Source of the DNA: Trichosphaerium sp. ATCC 40318
Taxonomy: Eukaryota > Protista > Tubulinea
Direction of reading: 5' to 3'
DNA length: 64,000 nt
Assembly: GCA_038496445.1 (NCBI GenBank)
Contig: JALMLS010000100.1
Span: forward strand, 186,001-250,000
The position numbers were made by a program, and so were the translations under genes. The notes under the pieces are model-generated. The model saw only the letters and a program-made list of their open reading frames with translations, was not told the DNA's origin and did no database searches. Below are positions 38,273-51,490 of this stretch, piece by piece. Each line of letters starts with the position of its first letter. Within the stretch, counting starts at the first letter, position 1.

Positions 38273-39069
38273 TCACTCTATCGAGTTTCGTGCGTTCTCT
38301 TTTTTAATTTTTCTAAACGATAATGGGGATTTGTTACGAGAGCTTCTCAATGTAGATGCCTTTCTTGTTCTCATTGGGGATTTACTACGTGACAGACGCC
38401 GTTGTTTTGTTTGTGCTCTTCTTGTCATTCTTGATATTCTACTCCTTCGAAGTTCTGCTTTCTTTTGACTCTTGTTGTCTCCTCCATCTTGTACTACTGA
38501 ATCTCTTAAAGCAAGGAATTTACCAGTAGGCTCTTTATGCTTCTTCGAAGGGTCTAGAGAAAAAAAACGTGATCAGCACGTGAGAATTCGATAAAACATG
38601 AAGCATTTTCCGATTCTTAACGCACTAGAAACTGTTTTCGCCGGTTTCCAACCACTTGAGCTTGATTGCTTTCCCTTCTGTGGATTACCTAGAATATCAG
38701 TTCGAGAACGCCCAGATTTGCGCCTAGTCCTTGTAGAAGGCTTTGGAGGTGATGTAGCTGAGCGCGATCTTCTCGCACGTGACCACTAGGTGCTAGTTTA
38801 GACATTTCGTTTATTTAATGTCAATTTGTACTTTATTCCCATTCACTTGCATATCAACGCACCTATCTAACGCAGCGAAGGCTTGTCTATAAAACTCTTA
38901 CTAATTGTAGTTTATTTTCATCACGTTATACTCACCTAAGCTCTTTATGTACATCATCGTCTAGTCTGAATATATCAGTCTTTTCTGTGTTTGTTTTCAT
39001 GTTCCTTTTCTTCAAGAAGTCGTAATTATCAGTATGACCGTCTACTGTCTCTGCTTTCCTCCATCGCAT
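38273..39069 (-). CDS. Highly basic Arg/Ser/Lys-rich hypothetical protein (4 exons)
   Basis: Open spliced frame MRWRKAE...RARRSRSATSPPK...RRLSRSKSPMRTRK...RNKSPLSF. Confidence 0.5.
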
Positions 39070-39730
39070 CCCTTTTACTGACTAGTTTACTATAATTAGT
39101 TAAGTAGGACCATACAATAATTAGTTGAGACTTCAACAAGTCACCTCTAGTCAACATGAAATGTAATCATGCTATCACAGTGTGATGAGTAGCATACTAC
39201 TTCTATCTTTACTCGTCTATGAAGGTGTTGTGTGTCAAGAAATTTTTGCAATTAAGGGGGCAATGGCCTACTGTTGAGGCATTATTGTAACAGTAATTAG
39301 GTCAAATAGCCTTCACTGATTAGGATCTATGGTCGTTTGCGTTTAAATTACAGTTAACAGAATGGTAATTCAATTTTCTAAAACACATGACTGTAAAAGT
39401 ATGCTGCCAATGGTCTAAAATCAGGAATAAGTTCATGTGTGTAGTCCAACTAGTAAAATTAGAGGACTGTGCCCCTTAAGTGATAGTAACTTATATTGGC
39501 CCAATAGGATACGACTTTGCACAGGCAACGCACTTCCAACTAGTACGCTATTAAGCACACATACTTAACACGTTAGTGCACCCCTTCGTGCACCTCTTAA
39601 ATCATTAATTTTTTTAAAGGCACGTGTGTATTCATTCTATAGTACAAGTTTTTTTTCTTCTCTTTGTGTTTCTTTTGGTTTTTCATTATTAAAACAAATT
39701 AATGGCTGTTGGCCAACCAACAACTCGTAT

Positions 39731-42700
39731 TCATGAAAAGAGATCATCTTCACCATCCTGTACATCAACAGAGAAATCAAATGATTTCTTAATCATATCG
39801 AATGTAGGACTCTTAGTGACAACAAGATCACTTGGAGAGGATGAAATATCATGCTCAGGAGTATCAGAAACAAGTTGTTGCATAAATTGAGAAGCTTCTT
39901 TTGAAAAGGACTTTGTCCAGTCTTCGCCTTGTTGAACATTTGGCGGTTGATTTTCTTGATCTGCAAATCTACCCGTATCATTTTCATCAGGAAGTGACAG
40001 AGTATCACAATCATCAGGTAATCCAATATCATTCACGCCACGCAAATCAATATCATCAAAAAGGTCTGGCGTCTTATTAACCGAACTAGAGGAACAGAAT
40101 GTCAGTATGAATCAGTTAAACACTTTTAAATTTTAAAAAAATCTAAAGCAAATGAGGTGCCAAAGGTTGCGTACCAGTCTGATAAAAAGCCAGTGCTCAA
40201 AGGACTAAGATCAGCTGTGGTCAAATCCATGAAACTTTGATCTAAAACGTCCTCATCTTCATCAGTACCAATACCATCAATAATATCACTCTGCGAATCC
40301 TCAGCAACCGAATCAGGTGTAAAACATGGTTTAGGAACTGAAGCTGAAGGTACAACCAAGTTTTCAGGTGTCACTTGACCAACTGGCGTCACCGGTCCAC
40401 TGACAGGTGTAGCATAACCATTCATATCATCGGGAGCCGTTGGCGTAACTGGTGTAGCTGGTGTCTCAGAAATTGATGAAACACTTTGCACAGGTGTTTG
40501 ATGGTCGAGTTTTGTATCTGGCGCAGCAGGTGATGTTGTGGCTGAACCAAAGACAGGTAGTTCTGCCAGATCAAAGGCAACATCAAAAGCAGTTGGTGGC
40601 ACAGGTACAGGCGCTCGGTCAGGCGCCACACTTGATTGAACAGGTTGTGGTAACCTACCCATGGCACGTGTTTTAGCCTTCACACTTGGCTTAGAATCCT
40701 TTGAAGATCGTTTAATGTCTTGAATGTAAGATTGCTCCTCTTCTTCCTCTTCATCAGAATCACTATCAACTTCTCGTGCCTGAGGAGTACGGAAAGAGGA
40801 TTCAGGAGTATCAGGAACACTTTCAGGAGTCATAGGTGTAGTACTAACACTCCTAATAAGAATATGAGAAACAACAACAACAAAAAGCAATAAACTTACG
40901 CTGGAGAGCAGGGTAGAGGTGATATCTCAGGTAAAGGAGGAGCCGTCTTCCCTACGGGTGTAGTAAACGATGGAGAGCCACTAAAGATACGAGTTAATAA
41001 AGTTAACTAGTAAGCAAGTGAAGTACCTAAGTACTGGAGACTGCATTTGATATGTTGGTGTTGGAGAAGGTAATGCAGGGCTTTTGAGAGTAGATTGTGG
41101 TTTAGGTAATGAAGCTGGTTCTGGAGTAAACTTAGGGCTCTCGTAAGAATCTACCTCAGCATGGCGGGTAGGTGTCTTTGGAGATAAACTACCATCCATA
41201 TAACTAATCATTGTAAGGAACAAGTGTAAAAACTGAAAATCGATTTCTAGGTCTACCTCAAGCTTGCAAAATCCAATGGACGCATAGGAGAATCAGCATC
41301 ACTATCTGAACCATCCAAATCAAGATTAAGACTTCCTAATGGTGACAAGGCAGACATTTCTATTTCAAAAAAAAGTTTTAGCTTCATTTGTTTCGAAGTA
41401 AGTCTTCATGTCATTCACTCTAATACATACCATCACTATCAATATGTAGATCAAAATCAGCTGTAGATCTAGTGAAAACCGGAGATAACTCAAAGTTACT
41501 CTTATCAACAAGCATCAAAGACTTTCGCACGCGGTTTTTCCTGCGTTCTAAAAGGGAAAAAAAATCAGCTAAGTAAGAATCTAAAGAGACAACGCACTTT
41601 TTGTTACTGTTGTAGGCAACGGTTTAGTAAAACCTGAGCGACCTAACTTGTTAGGCTTTGTAGTTCTCACAGTTCTCTCTGACGTCAATACTTTGCTTCT
41701 ATTGGCATCAAAAACCCTCTACATTACATATGTTAGCAGTCTGAAGTACAAAAATAAGACTCTTATCTTACCTTAACTTCAGCGTCAGTCACTGCGTATT
41801 GGTCAGGTAATGGTTGGAATAGATCCATATAAGCCTCTGTTTCTTTTTCGTTAGGAGATAGCCTTAGAGCTTGCACCTTGGGCATAGATGGAGGAGCCAT
41901 AAGTTGCTGTATAGCAACTCTATCGTAGAGTACAAGTTAGTACAAGGCGCTCAATAGAACAACAAACGTACGGAGGCTCGTATGCTTGATTTGAAGTGAC
42001 CATACTCTTTTGGACCAATTGTTGCTGTAACGTCCTATTAACAAAGGAGTAAGCGAGTGTTGTAGAGAATCTCAAAAAAGAAAAAAAAAAGCAGACAAAA
42101 AAAAGACATAAGACGCACTTTATTTTGCGTTCTAAGAGCGGAACAGACGCCAGCAAGTTATTGTTCAAATTTGCCATCGTCGATGCGTTCTTTGCATGTT
42201 GTGTTGTTGCGTTATCTAAAGAAAAAAATAAGTTTTTTGGTTTTTCTCCAAATGTTGTTTGTGTGAGGAATAGATTGTTTCTTACCTAGTTCTTTATTCA
42301 CTTTTACAAGATCCTCGCTTGTGGTTGTATTCGAGAGACACTTATTCAACGTATTGATAGTTTCCAACCACTTTTGAGTCAATTTCAAGACATCCAACTT
42401 GTTGTCTACATAAATACCACTGTAGTTCTGTTCGAGCTGTTTATCACTATCTAGGTCTCGCGCATCTATTGTAGGAGTGCCTGAACCAGAAATGATGTCT
42501 GGCACGTTTGCTATAAGCGAAAATCGTTAAAATTGTTTTAATAACATAAATATTTACCTTCTGAAGTGTCAGTACTCAAATGCTCGGCGAGATGCGCCCA
42601 CAACTCCTCAAGGCGAGCTTTCGTTTGATTATCTTCTGCACTCACTTCTGATGTATTTTTCATGAGCTTAGACTCCCTCTCAAATACTTGCCTGGCAGCA

Positions 42701-43527
42701 GAAAGTTGCGCCTACGTAAAAGTGTCACAACCAATAGAACAAGATTGTTTACTGCACCATTTGGGATTTGAGAGATACGTATTCTTCCTGTAAGTGTGTA
42801 GCAAATGTGCGCCATTTATTACGTTCTTCTAAAACACCGTTTGCGTGCTCACGAAAGAGCTGTGCTTGTACCATAATTTGTAACTAATAAAAGTGTCAAA
42901 TATTGATCATTTTGAAAAAAAACATTTTAATGATAGCCAGATAGAAACACACCTCCGTTGCTTTTTCAATTGCGTCCAAGTCAGCTTCGTTGTCTCTTAC
43001 AGAGGGTATCTGAGGACATTTCTTTCCGAGTCTATCCTTAACCACGTGGGTAGAAAATCGCCAAAGTAAGTTGTAGATCCTGTGTGCTGTTAGCTAAGTT
43101 TTATGGATACTGTCTTATTGTACCGATGGCCTTGGCAAGAGTGTAGATACGACAAATACACCGTTTTGGGAGGAAGGCACCCTTTTTTTCCAAGTCCATC
43201 AGCAGACTGTGCGCATTGGAACGAAATTCGCGTAAAGAAGCCCCACGTATCTCAACTGGCCAACAAAACTCAAACAACTAAAAAAGTTTAACGTTTTCAC
43301 ACGGAAAGCGCGTAAAATACCTCCTTAGCCTTTCTCGGCCACAATTTTGTAAACAAGAAATGCAATACAGCTACAGCGCCGAGTACGTTCGCTAAATCGA
43401 ACATATTTCTTTTTATAACCACGCCATTGTACTTTTGAGCGGCGACATTGTTGTCCAGGCCCAAGAGCAATAAATTATTGTACAAAGCATCTTTTATTGT
43501 ATAATCTTCACCTGTACTACGTTCCAT
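39731..43527 (-). CDS. HAUS6: Augmin subunit HAUS6 with long TP/SP-rich disordered C-terminus
   Basis: LYNNLLLLGLD...NMFDLAN...VLHFLF, FWPV...REFR, LHSCQG...LLWRFSTHVV. Confidence 0.82.
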
Positions 43528-43647
43528 ACCATCACACTTCCCGCCTTTTTTTGTAAAATGGCAAGGTGTCAGAATTTTTTGGCTAAGGCAGCATGTCGTG
43601 ACGTTATTAAGTTTGTCCTTTCATAAAATTATTTGCTGACTGTAACC

Positions 43648-44896
43648 ATGTCTGAAGCTAAACCCCTTATCGAAGAACCTAACGAAGAAACGGATCAAGT
43701 AGTAGATCCAGTCTCTGTCTCCGCAGGTGCGTTAAATACTGAATTTCAGTTTTTACCTAAACAAAAAAAACCGCATTGTCTCATAGTACTCTTCCAGAAA
43801 AGCAAGAAGACGTATCTGACGACGAAGCAGAGAGCCGCACCGAAGCAGATGACGGCTCAAAAGCAACTGGAGAATCCCTTTTTGCGCCTCTTGTATCGGC
43901 AGTAAAACGCCACCCAGCTTACGAGTCGAGTGCGTGATTTATTTCTGTTATTCCTTTAGTATTAGGCTGATTTGCCGCTGATCACTTTTTGTAGCTCTAA
44001 AAGTGCTCTACTGGGAAGACACCGTAAAGTCCGGTCTTATTTTCGGTATTGGAAACTTTTTCTTCTTTTTGATCACCTATGGCGAGTACACGATTGTAAC
44101 TTTGGTATCCTACCTTCTATTGGCCCTACTATTGGTATGTTTCGGCTACTCCAAGTTTGTAACCTTCCGTGGCGGACAGAATCCATTCGCGTACGTTTTT
44201 TTTTTGAAAACTTGAAACTACAACAAACTCCAACTCTCCGTTTGAACCCTTGGAGTCCTCTATTCTAGTAAAACAACGCAGAAAGCGTTTTTTTTTGCGT
44301 AACTAACTGTTCTCATAGCGAACGTCTAAAGAATATCGACTTTTCAATCAGCAGAGAAACACTTACTGAACACGTTGAATGCGTATATGCAGCATGGGAA
44401 GCACTACGCGCTATCTCAAGAAAGATCTTCTACTGCTCAGACCTTGCATTAACAGGAAAGGTAAGCGCATACGCGTCAAAAAGATCAGAACGGAGAATTC
44501 TTTTATTTTATTTTTTTTTGTATCTTGTTTTGACGTTTTTTGTTAATAGGCTGCTGCCAGCTTCTGGGTCATGTCTGTAATTGGTAACTGGTTCTCTGGC
44601 GTCATCTTGTTGTACAGCTGTGCGTACACGTGCAATTTTCCTTTTCACTGATTTATTATAAGGTTTCTTGGTTTTCTTCATCTGGCCTCGTGTCTACCAA
44701 GAGAAAAAGGCTGAAATTGATGCCGCTGCACAAAAGGTAAGGCTATGAACTTGTATATTGTTTATTGCGCCAGTTTTTGTCAAATCGGTTGTACTTATTC
44801 TAATAGGTTATGGCTGTTGTAAAAACACAACTCGCTGTTGTCTTGGAGAAATTGCCAATGGATAAAATCCTTGGTAAAAAGAAGAAAAAGGAGTAA
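43648..44896 (+). CDS. Reticulon-family ER-shaping protein
   Basis: VLYWEDTVKSGLIFG, two long hydrophobic hairpins, FFIWPRVYQEKKAEID, C-terminal KKKKKE. Confidence 0.88.
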
Positions 44897-45112
44897 ACGT
44901 TACTCAGGAACTCTTTTGTATATCCGTCATTTGTGTGTCAAATACTCATTAAAAATTTGACCTACACCTTCTTGTGTTCAAATTTTTGTTTATTTTAGTG
45001 AGATTTTTGATAAAATTGCTTCACGTGAGGGGTTTTTTTTATAATACAATTGTAATGCTTTTTTTTTAGCGATTGGTAGTGATTTTAATTTTCTTTTATG
45101 ACGTAAAGTGAC

Positions 45113-46920
45113 TCATCTTGTTCTTTGTTGTTTTTTAAGTCGAGCGAACTGTGCCAGTTCGTTTAGTTTACGTTTAGCTCCATTGCAATCTGTCTGGATG
45201 AAATGCGGCGTTAAACCTAACCTTTGAGCGTTCTTGATGCGTGCTGGATTAACTTGTAGCGAAGGTACATCATCGTTCACCATAGCGCGTGTGAACTGTC
45301 CTGCACGTGAAGCATAATCTTCCGAACGTGAAGGCCCATTAATTATAGATCGCAAGCTCATAGGTTCATTCGAAGTTGGCCTTCTTGTAGTTACAACAGT
45401 GGCCGGGGTTGGCGACGGAGAAGAGTGAGTCAAATCTCTGAAGAAAATAAAAGTTAGCGATCGTATAGCGCAATAGGCGTACGTGATAACGGCATTCCTA
45501 TTTATATTAGAGGAACCCTGGGACATACTACTGTCTAAAGGTCCGAAGCGTTGGCGATAAAGATCAACTGTCTTTGCTACTTTTCTCAACTCTCCTTCAA
45601 GCTTACTCTTGTCCGCCAACAGTTGAGCACGTTCTGTTTCAAAATAGTAACTGTGAGGTACTACATACGCTGGGTATGGCACTGAATGAAATTGGTGGGG
45701 GTGGTGGAACGGGTTATTAGGAAGAGTATACGAGGTTACTTCAGGACTGTGTACCTATGCTATTTTTAGTAAATTTTTCTAACAAACAGGCCACAATTTC
45801 AATCCATTTTTTTGTGCGACTTTTTTCTTAGTTTCGTTTAAGAAGGTTTACAACCGTACGTTTGCGTTTAGCCTTGGCATGTGGTTGTGGTTATGAGGTG
45901 CTAAATATGTATAGGGTGTCCGTGAAGGTATCTGCGGAAGTAATTGAGAACGCGATGATAACGCGGGTAGAGCATTGCCGTTTCCCTCGGAAGTAAATTC
46001 AACCTTTAAGTATCCTTGAACAAAGCAATGAGTGCCTGGAATTCAATAAAAGAAAAAACCAAAAAACCCAACCCAGCAAGCCGGTTGTTTTAATGTGTAC
46101 CTTTACTAGCCAACTTGGCTTGGCTCAGGTGAGTGTATTCGTAAGGGTCCGTGTCTACGTTAAAATGGGTAACGCCAGGGTGCCATAAAACTAAAGAAAC
46201 TAACGAAACGCCGCCTATTTCTCTCTTTCGAGGTTGGCACTTCCCAGCGTCGTCCGAACTACGTATACAAAACTGTCTCCACCCCCGAATGTAAGCTTTA
46301 TAAGCCTGCTTGATGTCCAATAGGTCTGTCTCGTTTATAAAGATGAGAAAACCGCGGTATGCAACTTTTGATGTTTTAGACTCTTCTGAGAAATCACGAG
46401 GTCCGCTGCTAAAAAAAAAACCGGTTGGTGAGCACGTGAAAATAACTTCAGACGTTAAAACGTACTTTTGGTACTGCTTGTTGGGTTCTCTTTGCCAGCA
46501 GATCACCTGTAAACAATGTGTTACACATGAGATCAATTCGAGGCATATAAGGGTTGGTTTATTGCCAAAATTAATATTGGTCCGTTTGGCATAGTTTATA
46601 TTATTGTACAATAAGAAAAAAAATATTTTATCAAAAAAAAAATTAGCGTTAGAGTCTAATTCCTTGCCTCCTTTCGCTTTACAACGGTATGTTTTAACAA
46701 AGGTAATGATACATAAATTTTACGAAGATGTCCGTAGGTTTTTTTAAAGCGTTCGAAGCATAGAAAGATCATCGGCAAGGCATAAAACCCTTCCTTTTCT
46801 TCCCCAAGATCTGAATAAAACAGCTAGCGCACCTTACATTGTTTGCTCAAGTCTATATACTTTTTAGCGCGCAGTAGCGTCGATACGAGTATAGTTGGTC
46901 TTTGTTCAACTAGAGCCATG
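45113..46920 (-). CDS. Hypothetical multi-exon protein: globular N-domain, Pro/His-rich linker, coiled coil, basic C-terminus
   Basis: Open exons at 46100-46410, 45860-46003 and 45113-45750. The 5' exon structure is unresolved. Confidence 0.5.
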
Positions 46921-48960
46921 TGTGTAGAGCAAATTCCTGGTGTTATGAAGTCACGAATTTGATGGTCAATATCGCATTTTTGCCATGGTTGACGCGATTA
47001 TAATAAAAAAAAAAAAACGTGATTGTAATCTTGTTTCTTATTGATACTACCATGCGTTTAGTGATAACTAGGAACTGTGTATTTTCTATTTTATGAAGTT
47101 ACGAAAACGTAAAAAGCTACATTAAATACTTGTGACAAAAACAAAGGCCTTTTTAGAAATTCTATAAAGTGACCAGGAAATTTTTTTTTTTCACTCGAGA
47201 TTGTATTGTATTTTTTTTTTTTGGTGCACCACGACCGGAGCGAAAAAAAACCCCCAAGGATACTAACTGATAGGAGAAAAAAAAGCTGTAAAAAGAGGGA
47301 ATAGTGTACCTTTGATTGGTTCGCGTCTCAACAGCATTCTGTTGATCATTTCATCGTCGACGCATTGACTAACCTTTGACTGCGATCGTTCTATATTAAA
47401 CATCAGGTTCCTCTCCATTCCGAGTGAAACAGTGTGCGTTGTATCTTACAAATTGAAAAGCGTTCAAAAAAGGTACCTTGTACCAGACATGAATACCAGT
47501 CGAAAAGTATTGAATTAAATCCAATTTGAACAAGTCGAAGGCATTCACAAAGTATTAGGTGTAAACCCCGAGTATATTTAATGTTGTAAAAGGTTTGCTG
47601 TGTCTAAAGGAGAAGTTTGTTACAAAACTAGAACGTACTCTAACGTTATTACTAAATTTTTTTTGCCTACCTCTTCGTTTGTCCCACGCGAGCGTTGTCG
47701 TGCCCTTAGAGGAACGCGAGCCCGTTTTATTTTTCTATCCAATCACAGCTATGGCCCACGTGTATTCGTGCTCATTATGATGTATACAACTGTGTTGTCA
47801 GTAACATACAGTTCTGTTTAGTGTCAAATAGCAACCAACTGTAAATAGTTAGTTCAACCTATAGTGGTCACGTTAGCATGCTGGGCACCGTAGCTCGCCA
47901 TGATGCTAGTGCGGAGTATCACTAGCTTTGGTAACTTATCTAAAACGGTTAGCATTTACGAGGTTACGATGTAGATCATAGGTAGTGAGCTCTTTGGTGT
48001 TTTTGGTTTGGTTGTGAAGTAACAACTAATAACGACTTAATTGTTACATCCTTACACGTCACTAGACTACCCACAGCATGATGTCACGTGATGGCCTAAC
48101 GTATTTACATTTTAGATAGTTTCAAACGGTGTTTTTATGTTACACCGAATCCTAATTGTTACATAATGCGTTGTAGAAAAGCTATGAATTGGATAGTCAA
48201 GCCATAAACAGTAAAAAAGCAGTGATAAGTAAGAATTCTTAGCGGTTGACATCTCCGCTTCAAAATACAGCAAAAATATGTAGTACAAATTTTGTATTGT
48301 ATGTACATTATCATTCAGACGTCATAGCGTGAAAGTACGTTGTGTTACCCAAATAAGAAGCGATACTAATATTTTTTGTTCGAGTAAGAAAACAAAACAT
48401 GACATTTTTCAATCAAAAAAAAATGAGCTAACAACTAACCTGAAAGCGTTGACACTGCAAAGTACTTTGTCTCGTAATCCCTATCGCGAGATGTTGACTC
48501 CATTCTATCGCACGTTTGTTCTTTCAAGAAAGCATAAGCGTAAAACCAGAAAAAGCATTTTTTGTGGCACCTAGGAATTTTCGTCCACCAATAAACCCTC
48601 CAAACAATGCTGTCAGCAATAAGTACGTTTTGACAGATCTTTTGTGATGCCGTTGTGGGTAAAACTAGCAAGTTATAAGATGCACTGTACAGTGGTTCAC
48701 ACAGCATGAGTTATTTATGAGGTACCTCCTCAAACAGGGCGTATGTAACGTCATTAACCACCTTTAGGTATATGAAGGCCGCCACTAGCGCTGGAATGCG
48801 CCATAGGCCATTGTGTTGTGAAAATAGATCAAATAGCTTTGTACGCTCGAACCACTCGCGCCCTACGCTTAGTGCGTTTTGTAAGTTCATTTTACACCAT
48901 CGTTTTACGAAATGAGCGTTAAGTGTCACAGTAGCTAAGCCAAATTTAATGTGATGCTTG

Positions 48961-51385
48961 ATGTACACCCATGGCGCCGGTAATTTATCTAGAATAGCAC
49001 ATAGAATAAGAAACCAGCCAAAGCAAAAATACCCGTCAAATGGCTCAAATAGTTCTAAAGACGCTGTTCCAAACCCACGCGATGCCAATAAACGCGTTAA
49101 AGACCAACAACAAATACGTTTATTAGAGACGAGCTCAAACATAGCTCCTTCGTACCACAGGGCATTCATTGAGAAGGTAAACAATATTCTCTTCGCTGCA
49201 CTAACATTCCTACAAGATTGAGCAAACATTTCACATCAAAAAGCCAGAACAGTGGTATAAATATGTGACAAAGGATTTGATAAACCTGGGAGGAAAAGGA
49301 GTGTTGGCGTGAGTGAACGAAAGGTAAACAATTAAAACCTTAACGGAAATTTGTAGCCACTACAACAATTCATTGCTTGAGTTTTTAAAGCGTATGTACC
49401 CAACCTTCGATTGGGTTCCCTGGAAGTTTAGTATGTACTACATCTGTACCGTTTATGACTCGCTAAATAAGGTTATATAGAGAGTGTACCAAATGATTTT
49501 TGGATGTCAAAGACAAACCAACTTATTTATGTTGATCATGTGCGTGCATAAAAGTAAAAACAAACTTTCTTCTTACAACACTAAAAGGTAGGGAGAGATC
49601 TAAATATCAAGATGTTAGCAGATTGGTATGATGTTCATACAACCGATTTTAAAGCGACAGGTGGCGGTGGACTCATGTAGTACGTCGATACATTTGACAT
49701 TGAGGTGAGTAACACAGTATAATAGCATATACAACAACTCAATGCAAAGGATGTTAAAAAAAGTGTACCCTGCCTATAACTGGAAAAAGACAAGCTTCTG
49801 TACGTACTGAGAGCCGCATGTAATTTCTCATACTTTGTAATAGCTACAGCGTGGTTTAGATGGAAGCACCGAAATATTCAAAATGCTTTCATTATTCGGG
49901 TACACTACCGACTTATGTTTTACGTTGACGTCTTTCTGCAGGCTGAACGTTATTTCAAAATCAATAAACTAGAGGATTGGTATAACGTTACAGTCATGGA
50001 GTTCATAGAATTTGGTGGGCGCAGTCTAGTGTTGTAAGTAATTGATGTCATAGCTTTTGTCATACTAAAAACATAATTAAGCCATTTTGGTTCTTTGTCC
50101 AGTATTCTTACCCACATTTACCCTGATACTAAATGGTTGCCGTGGAAGTTTGGTACCTCAATACTATTTATAGTGATTGGTTATTCACTTTCCGTGCTAG
50201 TAACATGCCCACGGAATTTCTGGAGTTCGATGGAAAATATTAAAACTTATATCATTCATGTATACATAGTATTGATTTTGTGGTTAAGTGACGAGTTGTA
50301 GATGGAGGAAGATTTAGGAATAAAGAAGCTACCAGATTGGTATGGTATAATGGTTAGAGACTTAATGGTTCGAGCTGGTAGAACTCTTTTAGAGTACGTT
50401 CTTATTATATAACCTTGTAATATTAACACGTGCAAGAAAATACAACGAATCATTACACCAAACCTTACTTGCTGTGTACCCAGATTATAAATGGCTTGGT
50501 TGGGAATTTAGTAAGCATATTTTATTGTTAAATCAAGGCGTCTAACAGTACTTTGTTAACAGAGAAAACACCAACACATTTTTGGAGTGACATGCATAAT
50601 ATTACAGAATTCATTAAGCACTGCGAAGGTGAACTTAAAATTACTGAACCAGAACAATGGTATCGTATTTCAAGAGATGCTATTTCAAATATTGGAGGCG
50701 GTGGTTTCGTTAATAGGCTTTGGCCTCAGATACTAGATGTTCTGTATCCGGAGATTTCGTGGAAAGAAGTACTCGTTGCAGCAACAGAAAAAAGAGCTTC
50801 TCAGAGAGTACTTCATGCTTTCATGTCTAGAATGTTTCCTAAGCATGATGTTCTTGAAGAATATAGACTTGGCCTTCAGTGGGGACATACAGGCCATGAA
50901 GTTACATTGGATGTATTTATCCCTGCTCTACGACTAGCTGTTGAGTACCAAGGTAAATTTATTTGTTGTGAAAACAGATTTTGACGTCTTCCAAAGGCAA
51001 ACAGCACTATGTTGACAATAATGAATGGCTTGGTCCGTCTTCCCTCTATGAAGCCAGGGATAATGATAAACTGTTCATTTGCAAGTATCAAGGTACATAT
51101 CTTATTTCAACGAGATGTATAACACTAAAAAGGTGTCACAATTGTATCTATTCCTTTCTGGTGGGATCAAACTGATTATGATTCTTTACTGGCAACGATC
51201 GCTCACCACAGGTAACTTACAACTTCTCTAGTTTGTAGGCGCAGTTTTTGACAAAGTGTAGGTCGGATCTGGGCCTTGAAGTACCGGCGGATGCTGTTCC
51301 TATGCCGACAGATTCAGACGCTACTATGGCGTGTTTGAAACTTATGCAACCTAACAGACACAGTGCCACTCCTGTAAAATTATAA
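48961..51385 (+). CDS. Helical tandem-repeat protein with C-terminal PD-(D/E)XK (DUF559/RAP-like) nuclease fold
   Basis: ~5 repeats of WY.V...D....GG..L..Y..S....L..VYP...W..W.F...P..FW; C-terminal LDVFIPALRLAVEYQGKQHY...RDNDK...IVSIPFWW. Confidence 0.8.
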
Positions 51386-51490
51386 CATTACTTCAAACAA
51401 AAAAAGATTCAAATTAGTCGTTAGCGCATTTCGATCTAGTCTTGTCAAGTCACTAGATATTTAGTTACACGTTAGCCCAACACATCTAAA

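Noticed and set aside
48711-49229. 172-aa minus-strand ORF
   Set aside because: Antisense to the first exon of the repeat-nuclease gene, with no recognisable motifs.
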